The notes beneath the pieces were generated by a model. It saw only the letters and a program-made list of their open reading frames with translations. It was not told the DNA's origin and did not search any database. A stretch of 64,000 nucleotides of DNA from Sphagnum compactum (lineage: Eukaryota). Shown here one piece after another: positions 12,166 to 26,000 of this stretch. Both the position numbers and the translations under genes were made by a program. The stretch lies in assembly GCA_965153455.1 (NCBI GenBank), contig OZ234494.1, positions 744,001-808,000 of the forward strand. Direction: 5' to 3'. The number at the start of each line of letters is the position of its first letter. Positions within the stretch are counted from its first letter, which is position 1.

Positions 12166-14391
12166 ACTAAACAACAAACACACAATTTTTGGTTCAATGA
12201 ACAATGAACCAAATGACCCAACTGGGGGCAACAACAGCACGTGTGCATGCACCCGAGGACTCAAGAAGGGATAACATGCGGGGTTTCCTAACATGCAAGT
12301 TGATTCCCAACTTATTCTCAACGGCATCACACTTTATTTCATATCCTTTGCCCAAAGTTGTACTCTTGTAATCTACCTAGGCCAAAGGAAAAGTGTACAA
12401 CTTTTTTTCTTTAATTAATTTTTTTTTTCCCTAATTGTGAAAATTAATTTATTGATGATGGGTCAATCATTAAAAGGTGCAATTAAACTTTGAGTGTAAT
12501 AAGTATGAATCACACAAATTATTATCGACTTTTGGCACAAATTATATTATTTTTGAAAATATCAAAAATTCCAAAGAGAAAATTCACAAAAAGAAATTAT
12601 TAGTTTTTGAATAAAATGAAGAATCTTTTGAAATATTATGGTGTTTAAAACTGGAATCTTCGAAATTGATTAAATATTGGGCAAATATGTGTAGTAGGCA
12701 CCAAGGTACTACAATATGCATCCAAACACCTTATAGACAATGGGTAAATAATACCTATTTTTGGCAACTTCAGGTTGGGTACATATGAGTACACAAAAAT
12801 TCCATGTTTTAGGTGCTCAAAAGTGATACTAATAATGAATGACTTTATGATAATAATTTATGGTACAAATGTATGTATGGGTTAATAATAATAATAGGTT
12901 TTTTATTTTCATATTTTGTTTAAGGTCAAAATTTGCCAAAATTTATCTTATTCATGATCACCACTTGAGCTACATGACAAATTTGAAAGAAAAAAACAAA
13001 AGCCCAAAAACACACACATATTATATATGAGCATATATAATATATTATTTTATTTTATTGTTTTTAAAAAAAAGGTATCTTGAAAATGAATGAATTATTC
13101 AGCAGATGTGTCCTGAAACTGCCCCTATAATAATAATAAAAAAAGGGGGAAAAAAAAGAGAAAAAAAGGCTGTATCCACTCTCACTACCAACTAAAGGGC
13201 GGTTTGTAAGTACCAGCACAATAGTATCATTGTTGTGAGGGGCTTTCCTAAGTACTTGTGTGTTTTGCCTCTCTTGCGTGGTTGCTTGGTTGCTTCCTCC
13301 TGCTCTTCTTCTTCTTCTTCTTCTCTTTTGAACTGCAATTTGCACCAATTTTGCATCAATTTTGTTTTGCTCATTTTTATTTTTTTTCCTGAGGTTGGTA
13401 AGGAGGAGAAGGAGGAAGAAAGATGATGATGATGATGAGGAGCACAAGGAGAAGATGACTAGTTGGTGTTCATTGCTGGTAAGCTTTAAGCAAATTTGTG
13501 AAAGATTTGTTTTGTTTTTTTTTTGGGTGGGTGGGGAAGACGTTGGAGGCTTCTTCTTCTTCTTCTTCCATCTTCTCTTCTTTGGATCCTCTTTGTAGTT
13601 CTGGGTTGTTTGTTTCAGTATTTGGAATTGGAGCTGCTATGTTCTCCCCCAAAAAAGGGAGAAAAAAAGAAAAGTATTGTTTTGAATTCTTTGGAGTTTG
13701 GGGCAGAAGAAAGCAGTGATTTGGGGGGGGGGGGGGGCGAGGGGGAGGGGGGGAGAAGAGGAGAGCTTGTGAATCTCCTGTGTTTTATTATTTTTCCTCT
13801 TTTGTTGATCACCCTTTTGTGTTTTAATGTCTGGAATTGTGTCAATTTTGTGCAGCTGCTTCTTTTGAGTGCTTTGGATTTTGCAGTTGCCAGCTTAAAG
13901 ATCATGTTGTAATCTTTGCTTATCTCAGTGGTACCCAATACTTCCATGAGTTTTTCAAGTTCCTGGATTCTCTGCCTTAGACCCATCTCTCTCTCTCTCT
14001 CTCTCTCAGTTGCAGTGCCTTTTTGATCTTTCTCAAAGTGCCTGAGACTTCAAAATCTGGAGGAGTAATAAGAATTCTTAGTTAAAAAGTGCCTGAGAAA
14101 TCAAGCTTCAGTTTCTTTTGGGGTTCTTTGTTGTTGACAGGTTGTCAGGTCAGAGATGAGAATGCTGATGACGAGATTCATCAATTGCAGCAGCAGCAGC
14201 AGCAGATGGGCAGCATTTGAATTCTTTGCAGTGGATCAGAGACTTGGGAAAAGGGATGATGATGTTGTTGTTATTCAATTATGTCAAATACTGTAGTAGT
14301 AGTGCAGGGTAGCCAGTGTGCTGCAACTCTCCTCCTGGTCAAGGAGGTTGAGCTGCTGCTGCTGAGTAGCCAGCATAGCTAATTTTGTGAG

Positions 14392-16464
14392 ATGATTTTT
14401 AGAAAGACCCACTACTCCTCTTCTTCTCTGCATCATTCTTCTTCTTCTTTCTCAGTAAGAGACTTAGGGTGTAACTCTGGAGGCGGTGGTCCAGCATATT
14501 TGTTGCCCTTGATGATGATGATGATCCGGTCTTCTTCTTCTTCTTCTTCTTCTTCTTCTTCGGTGTTGGTGCTAGTTCTGGAGGTTTTAGTATTATGGAC
14601 ATCTGTAATCAGAGCAGCTCAAGCTCGATCTACAGTGATGAGAGCAGCACAAGCTCCAAGTAGCAGTAGCCAAGGGAATTGCCCTCTTGATTTCACAGTT
14701 TTGAGCAACTTCCCTTACATAGTTCAACAGGCGCGTCTTCCAGTCATGCACTTGCAATGTATAGTTCTACTCAATGCACTGCAACTAGTGCTTTCAGTGT
14801 ACTTGAAACAGACAGGTTTCTTTCTCATCCCTACAAATACAGAGGCAGATTGCTTAGCGGCTTTCAATTCTGAGCTTCAGTCAATGGGGGCTGTAAACAG
14901 TGACATCGGGGCATTGTGCGGTTTCAATTTCTCACAGACGGCTCGAGGGCAAGATAATTGCCAGGGAATCCAACAGGTTTCAGATCTCAAGCGGCTTGCT
15001 GACCCTGCTAAACTGGTTTCTCTGAACCAATCTTGTGAGGGGGTGCTTGGGAATGCAAATGGTGACAATGTGCTTTGTGGTGGTTGCATCCGTGCAGTCG
15101 GGGTGCTGACCATGGATTTAGAATTGGCTGGAAATGGGTCCCAATCGGGATGCCAGAATTATTCTAGCATGTTTGCTGCAGCGATTGTGAATTTGGCAGG
15201 TCCTAGTGACACATACACTGCGGACTGCCTTTTCGATATATATACAATTCAAAACAATCACCGAAGCCTCACCATTCTCTATATTGTGATTGGAGTAGTA
15301 GGTGTGGGAGTTGTAACTCTGGGTGTTTCATTGTTCTTCTATTTCCGGCTGCGGAAGAGGAGACACAAGGAGCAGAAGGATTTCATCAAGCATACTACAG
15401 AGCTTCTGCAAGGTCCAATGAATTCTACTGGGGGTCTAGTTTGGTTCGCAATGGATGAAATCAAAACCGCAACGCATAATTTTTCCCGGGAGGCAATTAT
15501 TGGGTCTGGTGGATTTGGGAATGTGTACAAAGGGATGCTGACATCAGGGTCTGAAATTGCTGTGAAGCGCTTCAAGAATTGTACACCAGCAGGTGATGCA
15601 GAGTTTGTTCATGAGGTTGAGATGATTTCAAGTGTCCGGCATAGAAACCTAGTTGTTTTGAGGGGTTGTTGCGTGGCTCCAAGTGGTGGAGGGATTGAAG
15701 GTCATCAGAGAATTATTGTGTTTGATTACATGCGCAATGGGAGTCTCAAAGACTACATTTGCAATACCAATAAGCCGAGCTTAGATTGGCCAGCCCGACA
15801 CAACATTGCAGTTGGCATGGCACGAGGAATTGCCTATCTCCATTATGGAGCCCAGCCTGCCATAATCCACCGTGACATCAAAGGAAGTAATATCCTCCTT
15901 GATGAAAATTTTGATGCTCATGTGGCAGATTTTGGACTTGCAAGGTTCACACCTGACGGCAAGACTCATATTTCGACAAGGGTAGCTGGAACTTTTGGGT
16001 ATGTAGCCCCCGAGTATGCCTTGTATGGGCAAGTTACAGAGAAGAGTGATGTCTACAGTTTTGGCGTAGTCCTATTGGAGCTTATTAGTGCACGGAAGGC
16101 AGTTAGTTCTGAAACCAGTTTTTCTCTCATTACAGATTGGGCATGGACATTAATGAAGTCAGGGAACTGGACCCAAATCCTGGATGAGCGCATGGATACT
16201 AAAGGTTGTGGAGATGACATAAAGCAATTTATCTTATTGGCACTGTTGTGCGCTCATCCACAAGTTAACTATCGGCCAACTATGAGTGCGGCACTAACCA
16301 TCTTAGAGGGTCACCAACCATTGACCGAGATTCCAGATCGCCCATTGCCCTTAACATCAGAGAGAGATGAGATTGAGAGTGCTGTTAGGTCATCACAGCA
16401 GCTTTCTAGTGATGGAGGTTTTCAACCCTCTACATCTGGCTCTTCTGAAGGGAACACTGCTTAG
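14392..16464 (+). CDS. Intronless receptor-like Ser/Thr kinase with Cys-rich SPARK-type ectodomain (RKF3-like)
   Basis: 690-aa ORF: hydrophobic leader, CPLDF...CLAAF...C ectodomain, TM (ILYIVIGVVGVGVVTLGVSLFFYF) then RLRKRR, kinase motifs GSGGFGNVYKG, AVKRFKN, HRDIKGSN, DFG, GTFGYVAPEY; EGHQRIIV and LITDWAW are typical of RKF3-like kinases. True start may be the Met run near 14512. Confidence 0.93.
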   Translation: MIFRKTHYSSSSLHHSSSSFSVRDLGCNSGGGGPAYLLPLMMMMIRSSSSSSSSSSSVLVLVLEVLVLWTSVIRAAQARSTVMRAAQAPSSSSQGNCPLDFTVLSNFPYIVQQARLPVMHLQCIVLLNALQLVLSVYLKQTGFFLIPTNTEADCLAAFNSELQSMGAVNSDIGALCGFNFSQTARGQDNCQGIQQVSDLKRLADPAKLVSLNQSCEGVLGNANGDNVLCGGCIRAVGVLTMDLELAGNGSQSGCQNYSSMFAAAIVNLAGPSDTYTADCLFDIYTIQNNHRSLTILYIVIGVVGVGVVTLGVSLFFYFRLRKRRHKEQKDFIKHTTELLQGPMNSTGGLVWFAMDEIKTATHNFSREAIIGSGGFGNVYKGMLTSGSEIAVKRFKNCTPAGDAEFVHEVEMISSVRHRNLVVLRGCCVAPSGGGIEGHQRIIVFDYMRNGSLKDYICNTNKPSLDWPARHNIAVGMARGIAYLHYGAQPAIIHRDIKGSNILLDENFDAHVADFGLARFTPDGKTHISTRVAGTFGYVAPEYALYGQVTEKSDVYSFGVVLLELISARKAVSSETSFSLITDWAWTLMKSGNWTQILDERMDTKGCGDDIKQFILLALLCAHPQVNYRPTMSAALTILEGHQPLTEIPDRPLPLTSERDEIESAVRSSQQLSSDGGFQPSTSGSSEGNTA

Positions 16465-18729
16465 TAGCAAAAGCAAATTTCTCAACAGTCCAAGCTTTTA
16501 GATTATCAACTTATGTTATGAAGAAGCAGAACCTAGACACCCATTCAACAGATTCTCTTCTCAACAAATTCTGCTAGATTCTGGTATTCATCAAAGTCCT
16601 TGTACATTAATTTTACACAATTCTTCATTAGTTGGAATGTCCAATTTTATAGCTCACTTTTTTCCTGATAATCAAACCCTGCCTGTCACTGCTGCTATGT
16701 AGGAGGTACTATTCAGTTCTCATTTCATTTCAAAAAGTTTTGTAGCTCAAATTCCAAGTAACGAACTACTTTGACGTCGTCAAAGTATATAAATTGCATA
16801 CTTTGAGTATGTAAATTTTAGTGATTTTTAAATCAAAGAAATAATAATCAAATTATCTAACTTTGATCTGCATTTTTGAGATTCTATTGTCTCTTATAGA
16901 AATGGATTTTGATTTGAATTCAATAACTCACTCTACCTGTTGTTCTCCTTTGTTCCTTTTGTTTTTGATAACTTTTTCTGTTGTGGTTGCTTGCATGCAT
17001 GCTTTTTAAATTTGTGTGACATAATACAATCACTCACCATTTTACATGAGAGGCACTTACTTCCTCATGAAATCCAACTTTCTTCCAAATAGAATGAAAT
17101 GTTGTGGAAGGAATCACTTTGGATCAGGAATCCATCAAACTATGTGACAAAGGCAATAGCATGATAAATAAATATAGATCTAAATTCTACAAAACCCAAT
17201 TGAACATTGTGCTTAAAATTGCCTTGTAATTGCTTATCTTGTGCTTTCTTTTTTTTGTTTTATACTTGTAGTGTATTAATAATAGGATCAATATATTGCT
17301 ATTGCAAATTATGTATGCTCTACGTTATGTCACACCGTTTAGCTCAAATTTTTTGAAAACAATCATGTTTTGATTCATAGTTCATGTCTCCGATTAAGTG
17401 TTAGACTAGGTTTTTGTGATAGGAGAAATATACAAGTAGTACAAGACGTTAAGCACCTTGGCAAATCAAAGATCTTTATTTATGAAGATTGTCATTTGGG
17501 CATGCTAGAAAAAGCTATCAATTATCCAAAATGACTCCGCATGTCTTTATAATTAATATTTTTTTGCTTACGATTCCTTTCTGGGTTTACACAAGCTTTG
17601 GATAATTGTTACTAATTTTCTTTAGTTGGTTCGTTGTTTGACAATCTTTATAAACATGGATCTTTAATTTTTTTGACATGTCAAATATACCTTGAAATAC
17701 ATTTGACACACCATATCAAAAGTCAAGATACCTTTTCTAACATGTTTGAAGATGATATTGGGTTCTTATAGTTAGTTATGTCTCGAAAAAAAGTGACATT
17801 TAGATGTAATCCCCACTGAGAGGCATAGAATATATTATAAGGAGAGGAGTGATACTTCCTTCTCCAAAAATCCTTTTGTGATGGTGTTCATTGATCTTCA
17901 TATTTGAATTTTTTTTTAGATTTGTCATACACACATAAAAACTCATTGTTTAATCTTTTCAGCGATTATTGTGGTATTCTTCAACTAACGTTAACCACTT
18001 CTCTCAAGTGTGTATGTTTAAAAAAATTTAGATTTGTCTATTTTCACGTTCTCAACTATTAGCTTTGTTCCTAGGAATCATTGAATGAATTATTACCATT
18101 TTGATTGAATCCAAGAATGATCCTCTCCCAATTAGAGTCCTAAACCAACCTTTGAAACATGCTTGAATTTTGTGAGTCCCAAATGGGTTGTTGGACTTCT
18201 CCATCCTAGGTTAAGGTTTTTGTGTTGCTCACTTCAGAGCTTGAGTACTCTTTTACTTATATTTTTTAATGAGAATTTTCATTTTACTTTTGATTAATTG
18301 CTCATTTATTTTTCATTTTTTCTTTCCTATTTTCAAGATGTAGTATTAATTTTGCACATTAAAAAATTTGTTTAAAAAAATAGCAAGCTTAATTTTCATC
18401 GTATGTTTTGGGGGGGGGGGGGGGGGGGGGGGAATTTAGTGATAGCTAAAGCGGGAAAAATGAAAGAAAAATACCAATCTTCATCCTGACCATTCCTTTA
18501 ATAATGATCTTTTTCATCTATGGTTGACAAGTGTAAAAGAAATTTACCGTCTCTTCTTTATGTATGTCATGTAAAAGCCCTCAAATGAGGCCCCCGATGA
18601 TGGCCTCATCCAAAGGGCTTTACTCTACATGTAAAAACACCGAGTGGATTTTTTTAGTGTAGTTAGAGGCCACCTTATTACACACAAAAAAATTCGGCCA
18701 CTCAAGGGAGGCATTTCACATTACATTAT

Positions 18730-19615
18730 AGCCCTTTTCTTCAAAGGAATGTGTTGGCATAGTTAACATAAGTTTTTGCAAAATTGACGTAGCCTATATC
18801 TTCAAAAGAATGTGTTCTCATAGTCAACATAGGTTTTTACATAATGGGTATAGCCTTTTCTTCAAAAGAATGAGTTCGCATACTTAAAACATCGATTTTG
18901 GCAAAATTGACGTAGACTATTCTTCAAAAGAATGTGTTCTCGTAATCAACATAGGTTTGTTTTTACACAATTGTTATAGCCTTTTTCTTCAAAGGAATGC
19001 GTTGGCATAGTTAACATAGGTTTTTGCAAAAATGGACATAACCTATTCTTCATAAGAATGTGTTCTTGTAGTCAACATAAGTTTTTGCAAAGTTGCTATA
19101 GCCTTTTCTTCAAAGGAATGAATGAGTTCACATAGTTAACGTCGGTTTTTGTAAAATTGACATAGCCTATTCTTCAATAGAATGTGTTCTCATAATCAAC
19201 ATAGGTTTTTTTCAAAAATTGCGTTAGCCTTTTTCTTCAAAGGAATGCATTGGCATAGTTAACATAGGTTTTCGCAAAAAATTGACATAACCCATTCTTC
19301 AAAAGAACGTGTTCTTGTAATCAACATAGGTTTTTGCAAAATTGCTATTAGCCCTTTTCTTCAAAGGAATGTGTTCACATAGTTAACATAGGCTTTTGCA
19401 AAATTGACATAACTTATTCTTCAAAAGAATGTGTTCTCATAATCAACATAAGTTTTTACAAAATTGTTGTTATAGCCTTTTCTTCAAAGGAATGTGTTCA
19501 CATACTTAACATAGGCTTTTGCAAAATTGATGTAGCCTATTCTTCAAAAGAATGTGTTCTCATAATCGACATTCGTTTTTGGCAAAATTGTTATAGCCTT
19601 TTTCTTCAAAGGAAA
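18730..19615. repeat. Tandem array of ~58-bp units with alternating A/B subunits (~15 units)
   Basis: Alternation of agccttttcttcaaaggaatgtgtt..catagttaacat and agcctattcttcaaaagaatgtgttctcataatcaacat. Confidence 0.93.
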
Positions 19616-20071
19616 ATATCTTTGTAGCAAACATCAAATGGATACAAATCTTTGTTTATTAAATTCTGCATGAGGAGGCGATGGCACATCTTGGTGGTCA
19701 TGACTAAGGGGGGGGGGAAGGGAGGGAGGGGGATTTCAACATCTTATTGTACATACAGTTTTGATGGGGACTTTGTGATTGTGCAACAATGGGTAGCAAT
19801 GTTTTTGGCTTGGAGCTAGAGATCATGTCAACTTAGAGACCGAGATTTGGAATGGTCTTATGAGATTAGATGGGTGGTGGTCATGACATGGTGGTGACAA
19901 ATTCTGTTGGGGGCTGGCTATGAAACTCAAGAATGAATATAAGCAATGAATGCCTAGGTTTGTGGCTCCACTGGAAAAGAGAAGATTTTGTACATCATGG
20001 CTCTCTGGTGAAGATCTTGTAGAATTCTTCACTCCATTGGCTCTTTTGATTTGCCTGCAGCAGTAACCACC

Positions 20072-23000
20072 ATGGAGGATTTATATAATTTGGGTGAAAG
20101 ATTGCTCAAGTCAGTCCCCTTTACAAGAAGAATAAGCATGGCAGGATCATCAGCACATCCTGAGGTATGAACTACAAAACACACCCTTTACACTGCAAAC
20201 GCATCAAGAGCAGTAGTGAGATTGCCAGATCCCAAATGGGTTCACCCCATCTTTGGATTAGGGTTAGATGTTTTTTGTACATATTACTTTGTACCCCATT
20301 ACTGATGAACTCCATATGGATCTCAGATTCTGTGGCATGGGTTAGTCATCACATGGTGGAGCTACTACATTCATAGTGGCGTTTTTGTCTTTGAAGGTTT
20401 GACATTAGGTTTGGATCATCAGGTGCCGGCTCGTGCTGTTGCAGCAGCAGCAGTTGCTAAGAAGATTGCAGATCTTTTACCTGATGAGTTTTCAGCTCTG
20501 ACTCGGAGATCAAGCTACAGCTATGCAAGCAGGTCTCAGCGGTCAGGGGATGACCTGATAGAGGAGCTTGAGCAAGATTATCATGAGGAGGTGGGCATGT
20601 TTTTTTCTCCAAAGAATCAATTTTTGTGTCCTAATCTGGGGCTACTGGACTTTGAAGTTCCTGCTTGATGCATGTCAGATGAGTGATTGGGGGGAAAAAA
20701 CAGGGATTTGATCCGGTGAGACATATGCTGCAACACCTCCCCAAAGAAGGAATCAATCAGAGCGTGTTTGATAGCAAGGTATCCCCTGCCCGGCTATTGC
20801 GTATTTGTCTCATTTGATGTTTTGGGTCCACAATTTTCCACTAGTCATTTGTTGGTTTTCAATAAATCTGCATGTCTCGAGGCACCTGGTGAACTAAAAA
20901 TATGTACACAATTTTATTATTTCTAGCAGAGTTTATGGAAGAACGGTTCTATCTCTTAGATGATCTTGCTTTCTTCTCTTCTTGCTACAGGTGGCCCAAA
21001 AAATACAGCAGCTTGATGTAATCACACAAAAACTATCTAAACAGGTCATGGAACATCACGAGGAGATGGGTACTTATTCTTCTTCCCTTCTTATGGAATC
21101 TGAATTTTTTGGTGATTAGGTCACCTTGTTTATGTTGCACTTTTGAAGGTTAATTATGTTAGGTGATTGAGTGTTGACTTGGATCAACTTTGTCTTTGGA
21201 CAGTAAAGGGAATGCAGCTTGTAACAGAACTTGAAAGAGATTTGCAGGTTGCAACTATTATAGTCAAGGTAAATTATGCTTCTTCTTCTTCTTCTTCGTC
21301 TTCTCAAGCACCTCAAGTTTGTCAAAATGTTTGTGTCTCTCATGATAATTGGGTATGTATGATGATCCGGGTCTCTGATTTTTTTTTGTCCTTGGATTAA
21401 TTTCTCCAGAATGGACGCAGACACTTGTCAAAGGCCATCTTTGAGATTTCGCAGGACCTTGTCGTGGCAGCAAACGTCAGGAAAAAGCAGGTTTTGCTGG
21501 TATGTCTTCCTATTAGTCTGTTACAACAGACCAGTTGTGTTTGCGTAGTATGGGATTCCGAAGGAATTTACATTGATGGGCTCCTCTTTTTCTAGCTGCA
21601 AGTCAGTGTGTCTCTCTCTAGGGATCGCAGCAGCTGATCCTCTCTGTGGTGATTTGCAAACCAAATCTAGGTCTCAATACAATGATGATGATACCTGAAC
21701 ACTTAGAATGTTCTTGTGGACTTAATTGGCTCTTAGACTTGACACCAAATTTTTTTAGCTTCCCACTTGCAGGATATGGTTCCGGTTCTGGAGCGAGTAC
21801 ATAATGCAATGGATATAAAGTCTCGACTCGAGAGCATTGTTCAGGATGGAAAATATGCCAAAGTGAGTTCTACATCTTCAGCTTTTTATGTCAGCTAACT
21901 GAACGTTTTTGAGTCAGACAAATAGACTTTTTTGGGTACTTCCTGTAAAACTTTCATTTTTTGCTTCAAGCTTCCATAACTACCCAGCAAACTTGTGTTT
22001 TAGTTGTTTGAAGCTGCCTCTAATGTTGTACATATGCCTCCAAATCTTTGCAAAGGAATTTTCTCCGTCCTTAAATGATAAAGCCAGCACAGCTCAGTGA
22101 GATTGCTCGACGCACTTGCTTTTGAAACCCCCTTTTAGGGAGCTAATTTCATGCCAGGGGGGGAGGTGGGTGACAGGCACTTGAAATGTGTTCAGAATGT
22201 ATGCTGCTGCTGGAGGAGTGCCCAGAGTTATCAGCAATACGGGAGATGCATCAGAGCATGGAGGCAAGAAATTATATATTTTTTCTCCAGTTACATTGTT
22301 ACTTCACAACATTCTGTTGTTGGGGTACATGCTAGACATGATGACAATAGATGACTTTTTTCTCCGGATGTTTTTTGAGGCAGTAATGCATCATAAAATT
22401 ATGAACTTTATAATTTTCAATGAAAACGTCAATCATGCACTCAGCATCTAACACTTTCTGTACCTTTTTTTCCCTCTCAGGAGTGGCTGGAAAATATATC
22501 CAGCAAAGTAGATGCATTCCTTCTGGAGATCTGTCTGAAATTTGACTTTGACAAGTACATTATTGTAAGTGTGAGAAACACTTCATTTCCCATCTTTGTT
22601 AGAAAAAAGACAATGTCCATCTGACATGAGGAGTAGGACTGCACTAGCTACAGAAGAACTTCATGGATAACGAGAAGCAAGCAGCAAACTTGTGCAAATT
22701 CTCCAATTGGGTTGTCGACTGCAGACAGTTTTGCAATTTGTGCAAATTCTCCAGTTGGGTTGTCAACTGCAGGGAGTTTTTGTCCAGGCTAGCAGGGCTG
22801 CTGCTGTTGCCCTTTTTCTTGTCTGGATCTCACCAACCCAACTCTCGAATTTTCAATAATTTTTCCAATGTTCATTGCAGGTGATTAGAGCCTACAATCT
22901 GCTGGATGAACTTACCAGTTTTGCCGACAAGGTGCACCATGGCTTTGCTCAACTTCTTGTCTCTGAGACCTACAATACTCTCTGGGATGTGCTCTACCAG

Positions 23001-26000
23001 GTACCCAAGTTCACTCGTTTATGCAAAACCTTTAATAATAAATGCTGCCACACAACCCACCCTTATGAGAATTATTGCCTCACTGCTGGTCCGTAATGAC
23101 ATCACTAAACCTTTTACGATTCTCTCAGGGTCTGGTTGACTACCTGACAGTTGGTGAAACTGATACTATAGACAGAAAATTGTATGGGCAAAAGTTGCAC
23201 AGTTGATATGGATCTTGGTGCATGCAGGAAGAGGATGCACAGAATGTTCAGAAGAAGATCAGGTGATGGCCTATTCTTTTCATCCTGATATTGAAGCATC
23301 AGATGTGCAGGACAGGCTGTTGGTGATGAAGAGGATCTCTAGCTTATCAAGTGCTGATCATGCTGATCATGTGTGCTGGTCTGCAGACTTTCATACAAAG
23401 AGCTATGTTGTCAGGTTCCAGAGGCCAAGTCCCAGCAATGTTTATTCAAGACCTTGGAGGTGCTCTTTGATCTGATGTGCTCATACTACACCATGATGAC
23501 ATGCCACCAACATCCAGAAGTAAAAACTCTCTCTCTTAACTGTTTCACCCTTTTCTGCAAAGACCATCAATAGGAATTCACAAATTGGATTACAGTAGTG
23601 GTGCAGGTCTAGTAGTAGCTAGAAAGAGCTTCTGAGGATGCTGAGCTTGACAATCAAGTATTTATTTAGTACTAAAAAAGCTGAGGATTTTTGTGGGTTG
23701 TGTGTTGCACCCAGTTTATTGAGAGGTTTTCTCCTTCTGGGGATCATGCTCAATTGGGCTTCCAATCCAACAACATAAAGCATCAACACCGCCGCACAGT
23801 TAGCCAGGGAGATTTGAGTTCGAATATGAAGAAAGAACAACAACAGCAGTCAAAGCATTTTCACACAAGCTCCATGTCTTCTGACTCCTTGTTGACAAGA
23901 CTTTCTGTCACATCTCTGCGTGCAACCACCACCAGGCTGCTCACTGGAAGTGTATCCCAAAATGAACTCACTACTTCTAACAGCAGCAGCAGCAGCACAG
24001 CAGTTGATGTGGAAGCTGAGAATAGAATATCATCATCATCACCTGCTGGAGAATTTCATGTGCAGCAGCAGGGTCATTTGTCTGGTGAGGATACACCGCC
24101 AGGGGGGGAAGAAGAAGAAGACAACAAAGCTGATTCTCCTCTATCCAAGGGTGAGGGAATAGTGATACTGATTGTGTCAAAGGCACTTGACAATGGGCGC
24201 AAGACGTTTTGGGAGCTTGTTAGCTGGCGTGTATCAGCATTGCTTTCGACTATGACCAGCAGCTGCTGCTACACAGCTACTAGTAATTCCAACTACCAGT
24301 TTCTGCAGAGCCTTGAGTGGGCAAACAAGTTCATACTTGCAGGAGAGGCATTTTGTGGTGCTGAGGCTGTATCACTACGGAGCAATCTTGCAAAACAGAC
24401 TGAGGAAGTCTTTGGCACTTTCCATTGCCATAACATTGAAGTGAGGTTCTCATGATCTCAAACTCATGTATCCCAAGGATCCCAAGGATGTTGTACATGT
24501 ATCTAGAGCTTTTGAAACTGGACTTGATGATGCAAGGAAAACTAAATAAAAATTCCTTGTAGCTAGAAGCTGTCCATGACAAATTTTTTCTGGGTGGGTG
24601 GGTTTTGGACATAGATATTGCGAATGGTGACAAAAAAGGAGTTGTGGAAGCCATTGTCATCAGTGGTTTTGAAGTCAGTGAATGTATTGGATCCGACAGG
24701 CAGTATAAGATTGTCATTGCTGCTGCCGCCATCATCAGCTGTCACAAGTGGTGGTGGTATTAGTAGCGTTGGGAGTAGTTTGAGGGCAGCAGAATTTGCA
24801 GCTTGGTTCAAAGGCGGGAATCCCTTTGCTGCAGAAAGACTGCCTGGGTCAATGGATCCCACAGTTAATATACGTGAAGAAGAAGAAGATCATCAGACTC
24901 TCAACACAAAAGGTTTGGGTGGAACAGGCACAAGTGACAATTGGGTTGTCCAGGTTGAAGGTGACAAAGATGACAAGAAGAATGAGGATCTGCTACTAGC
25001 TACTGACTCCATTGAGGAGGATAGTCAGCTGCAAGGGCATCTGCATACTCCCTGGAGAAGTACTACATCCACCACAGTACTAGGGATCAAGGATCATAGC
25101 CAAGTTTCAGCTGCAGACAATGAGAAGACTTTAATTGTTACAAACTCTTCTGTCTGCATCTTTAGGTCACTCCACTGCTGTGAACTCATATCAGCAGATT
25201 CTTCTTCAATGCAAGACATTTTACAGTGGAAAGTGCAAGACTTCTTTTAAAGCTTTTGGAGGCTGCAGTTAAAGCAGATTTCTCTCTAACATGGCTTTGA
25301 AGCAGTTTTCAATTAGGCTGAAAACTGGGGATTTGGGTGCGCTGGCAGATACATGGAAAAATATGCAAGATTAATGCAAATATTTCAGCCAATTGCTTCA
25401 GAGGTCTTCAAGGTACAACATTATAGTCATGAATCTGCCTCCTTATTCTTCTTCTTCTTCCTGCATCTCTGTTTGATTTGAATACCCTGCCAGATCCTGG
25501 CAGATGGTGCATGTATGCCACCCACGGGCATCCTGTTGTCTGTTCAGACATGAATTTTCTTCTTGCTTGAAGAGCAATCCTTTTGCAAGCGACTTGGCTT
25601 CTAAATATAAAACTGGTGGATGTCTCAAATGGGTGCCATCTTTTTTTTGCAGGGATTGTGTCAGTTGTTTGATTTGTATTTCTTCTCCATTTATAAGATG
25701 TTTGGGCAGCGTGAGGCATTCAGTGGTAGTCAGGGTCAGTCCAACTCATACTGTAAGTTTGTTGACCTTAACTACTTGTCCCCATTCTTCAATCTCATTC
25801 TAGAGATTTTGTTGAGGGTTTAGGAAGGTAAATTCCCTTTCCATTTGAAAATTTTGTGCTATCTTTTGTCACGATGGTATTATTTGAGCTGTGTTGGAAC
25901 ACTGGAATGTATTGTCAGACATGTGTGGTGGCATCATGGCATTATGTACCATGTCGCACACAGCTTCATTCATTCCAACAGTCCCCAAAGTACATCTGAG

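Noticed and set aside
13064-13986. Cluster of overlapping ORFs upstream of the kinase
   Set aside because: Low-complexity microsatellite translations in probable 5' UTR/intron sequence.
18730-19615. CRISPR-like appearance of regularly spaced repeats (also 6197-6400 and 32745-33372)
   Set aside because: No unique spacers and no cas genes; whole units repeat, so these are eukaryotic tandem repeats.
20779-20990. Second possible U12 intron (donor GTATCCCC) in VPS50
   Set aside because: Donor departs from consensus, there is no TCCTTAAC branch site, and the acceptor has an ordinary polypyrimidine tract.
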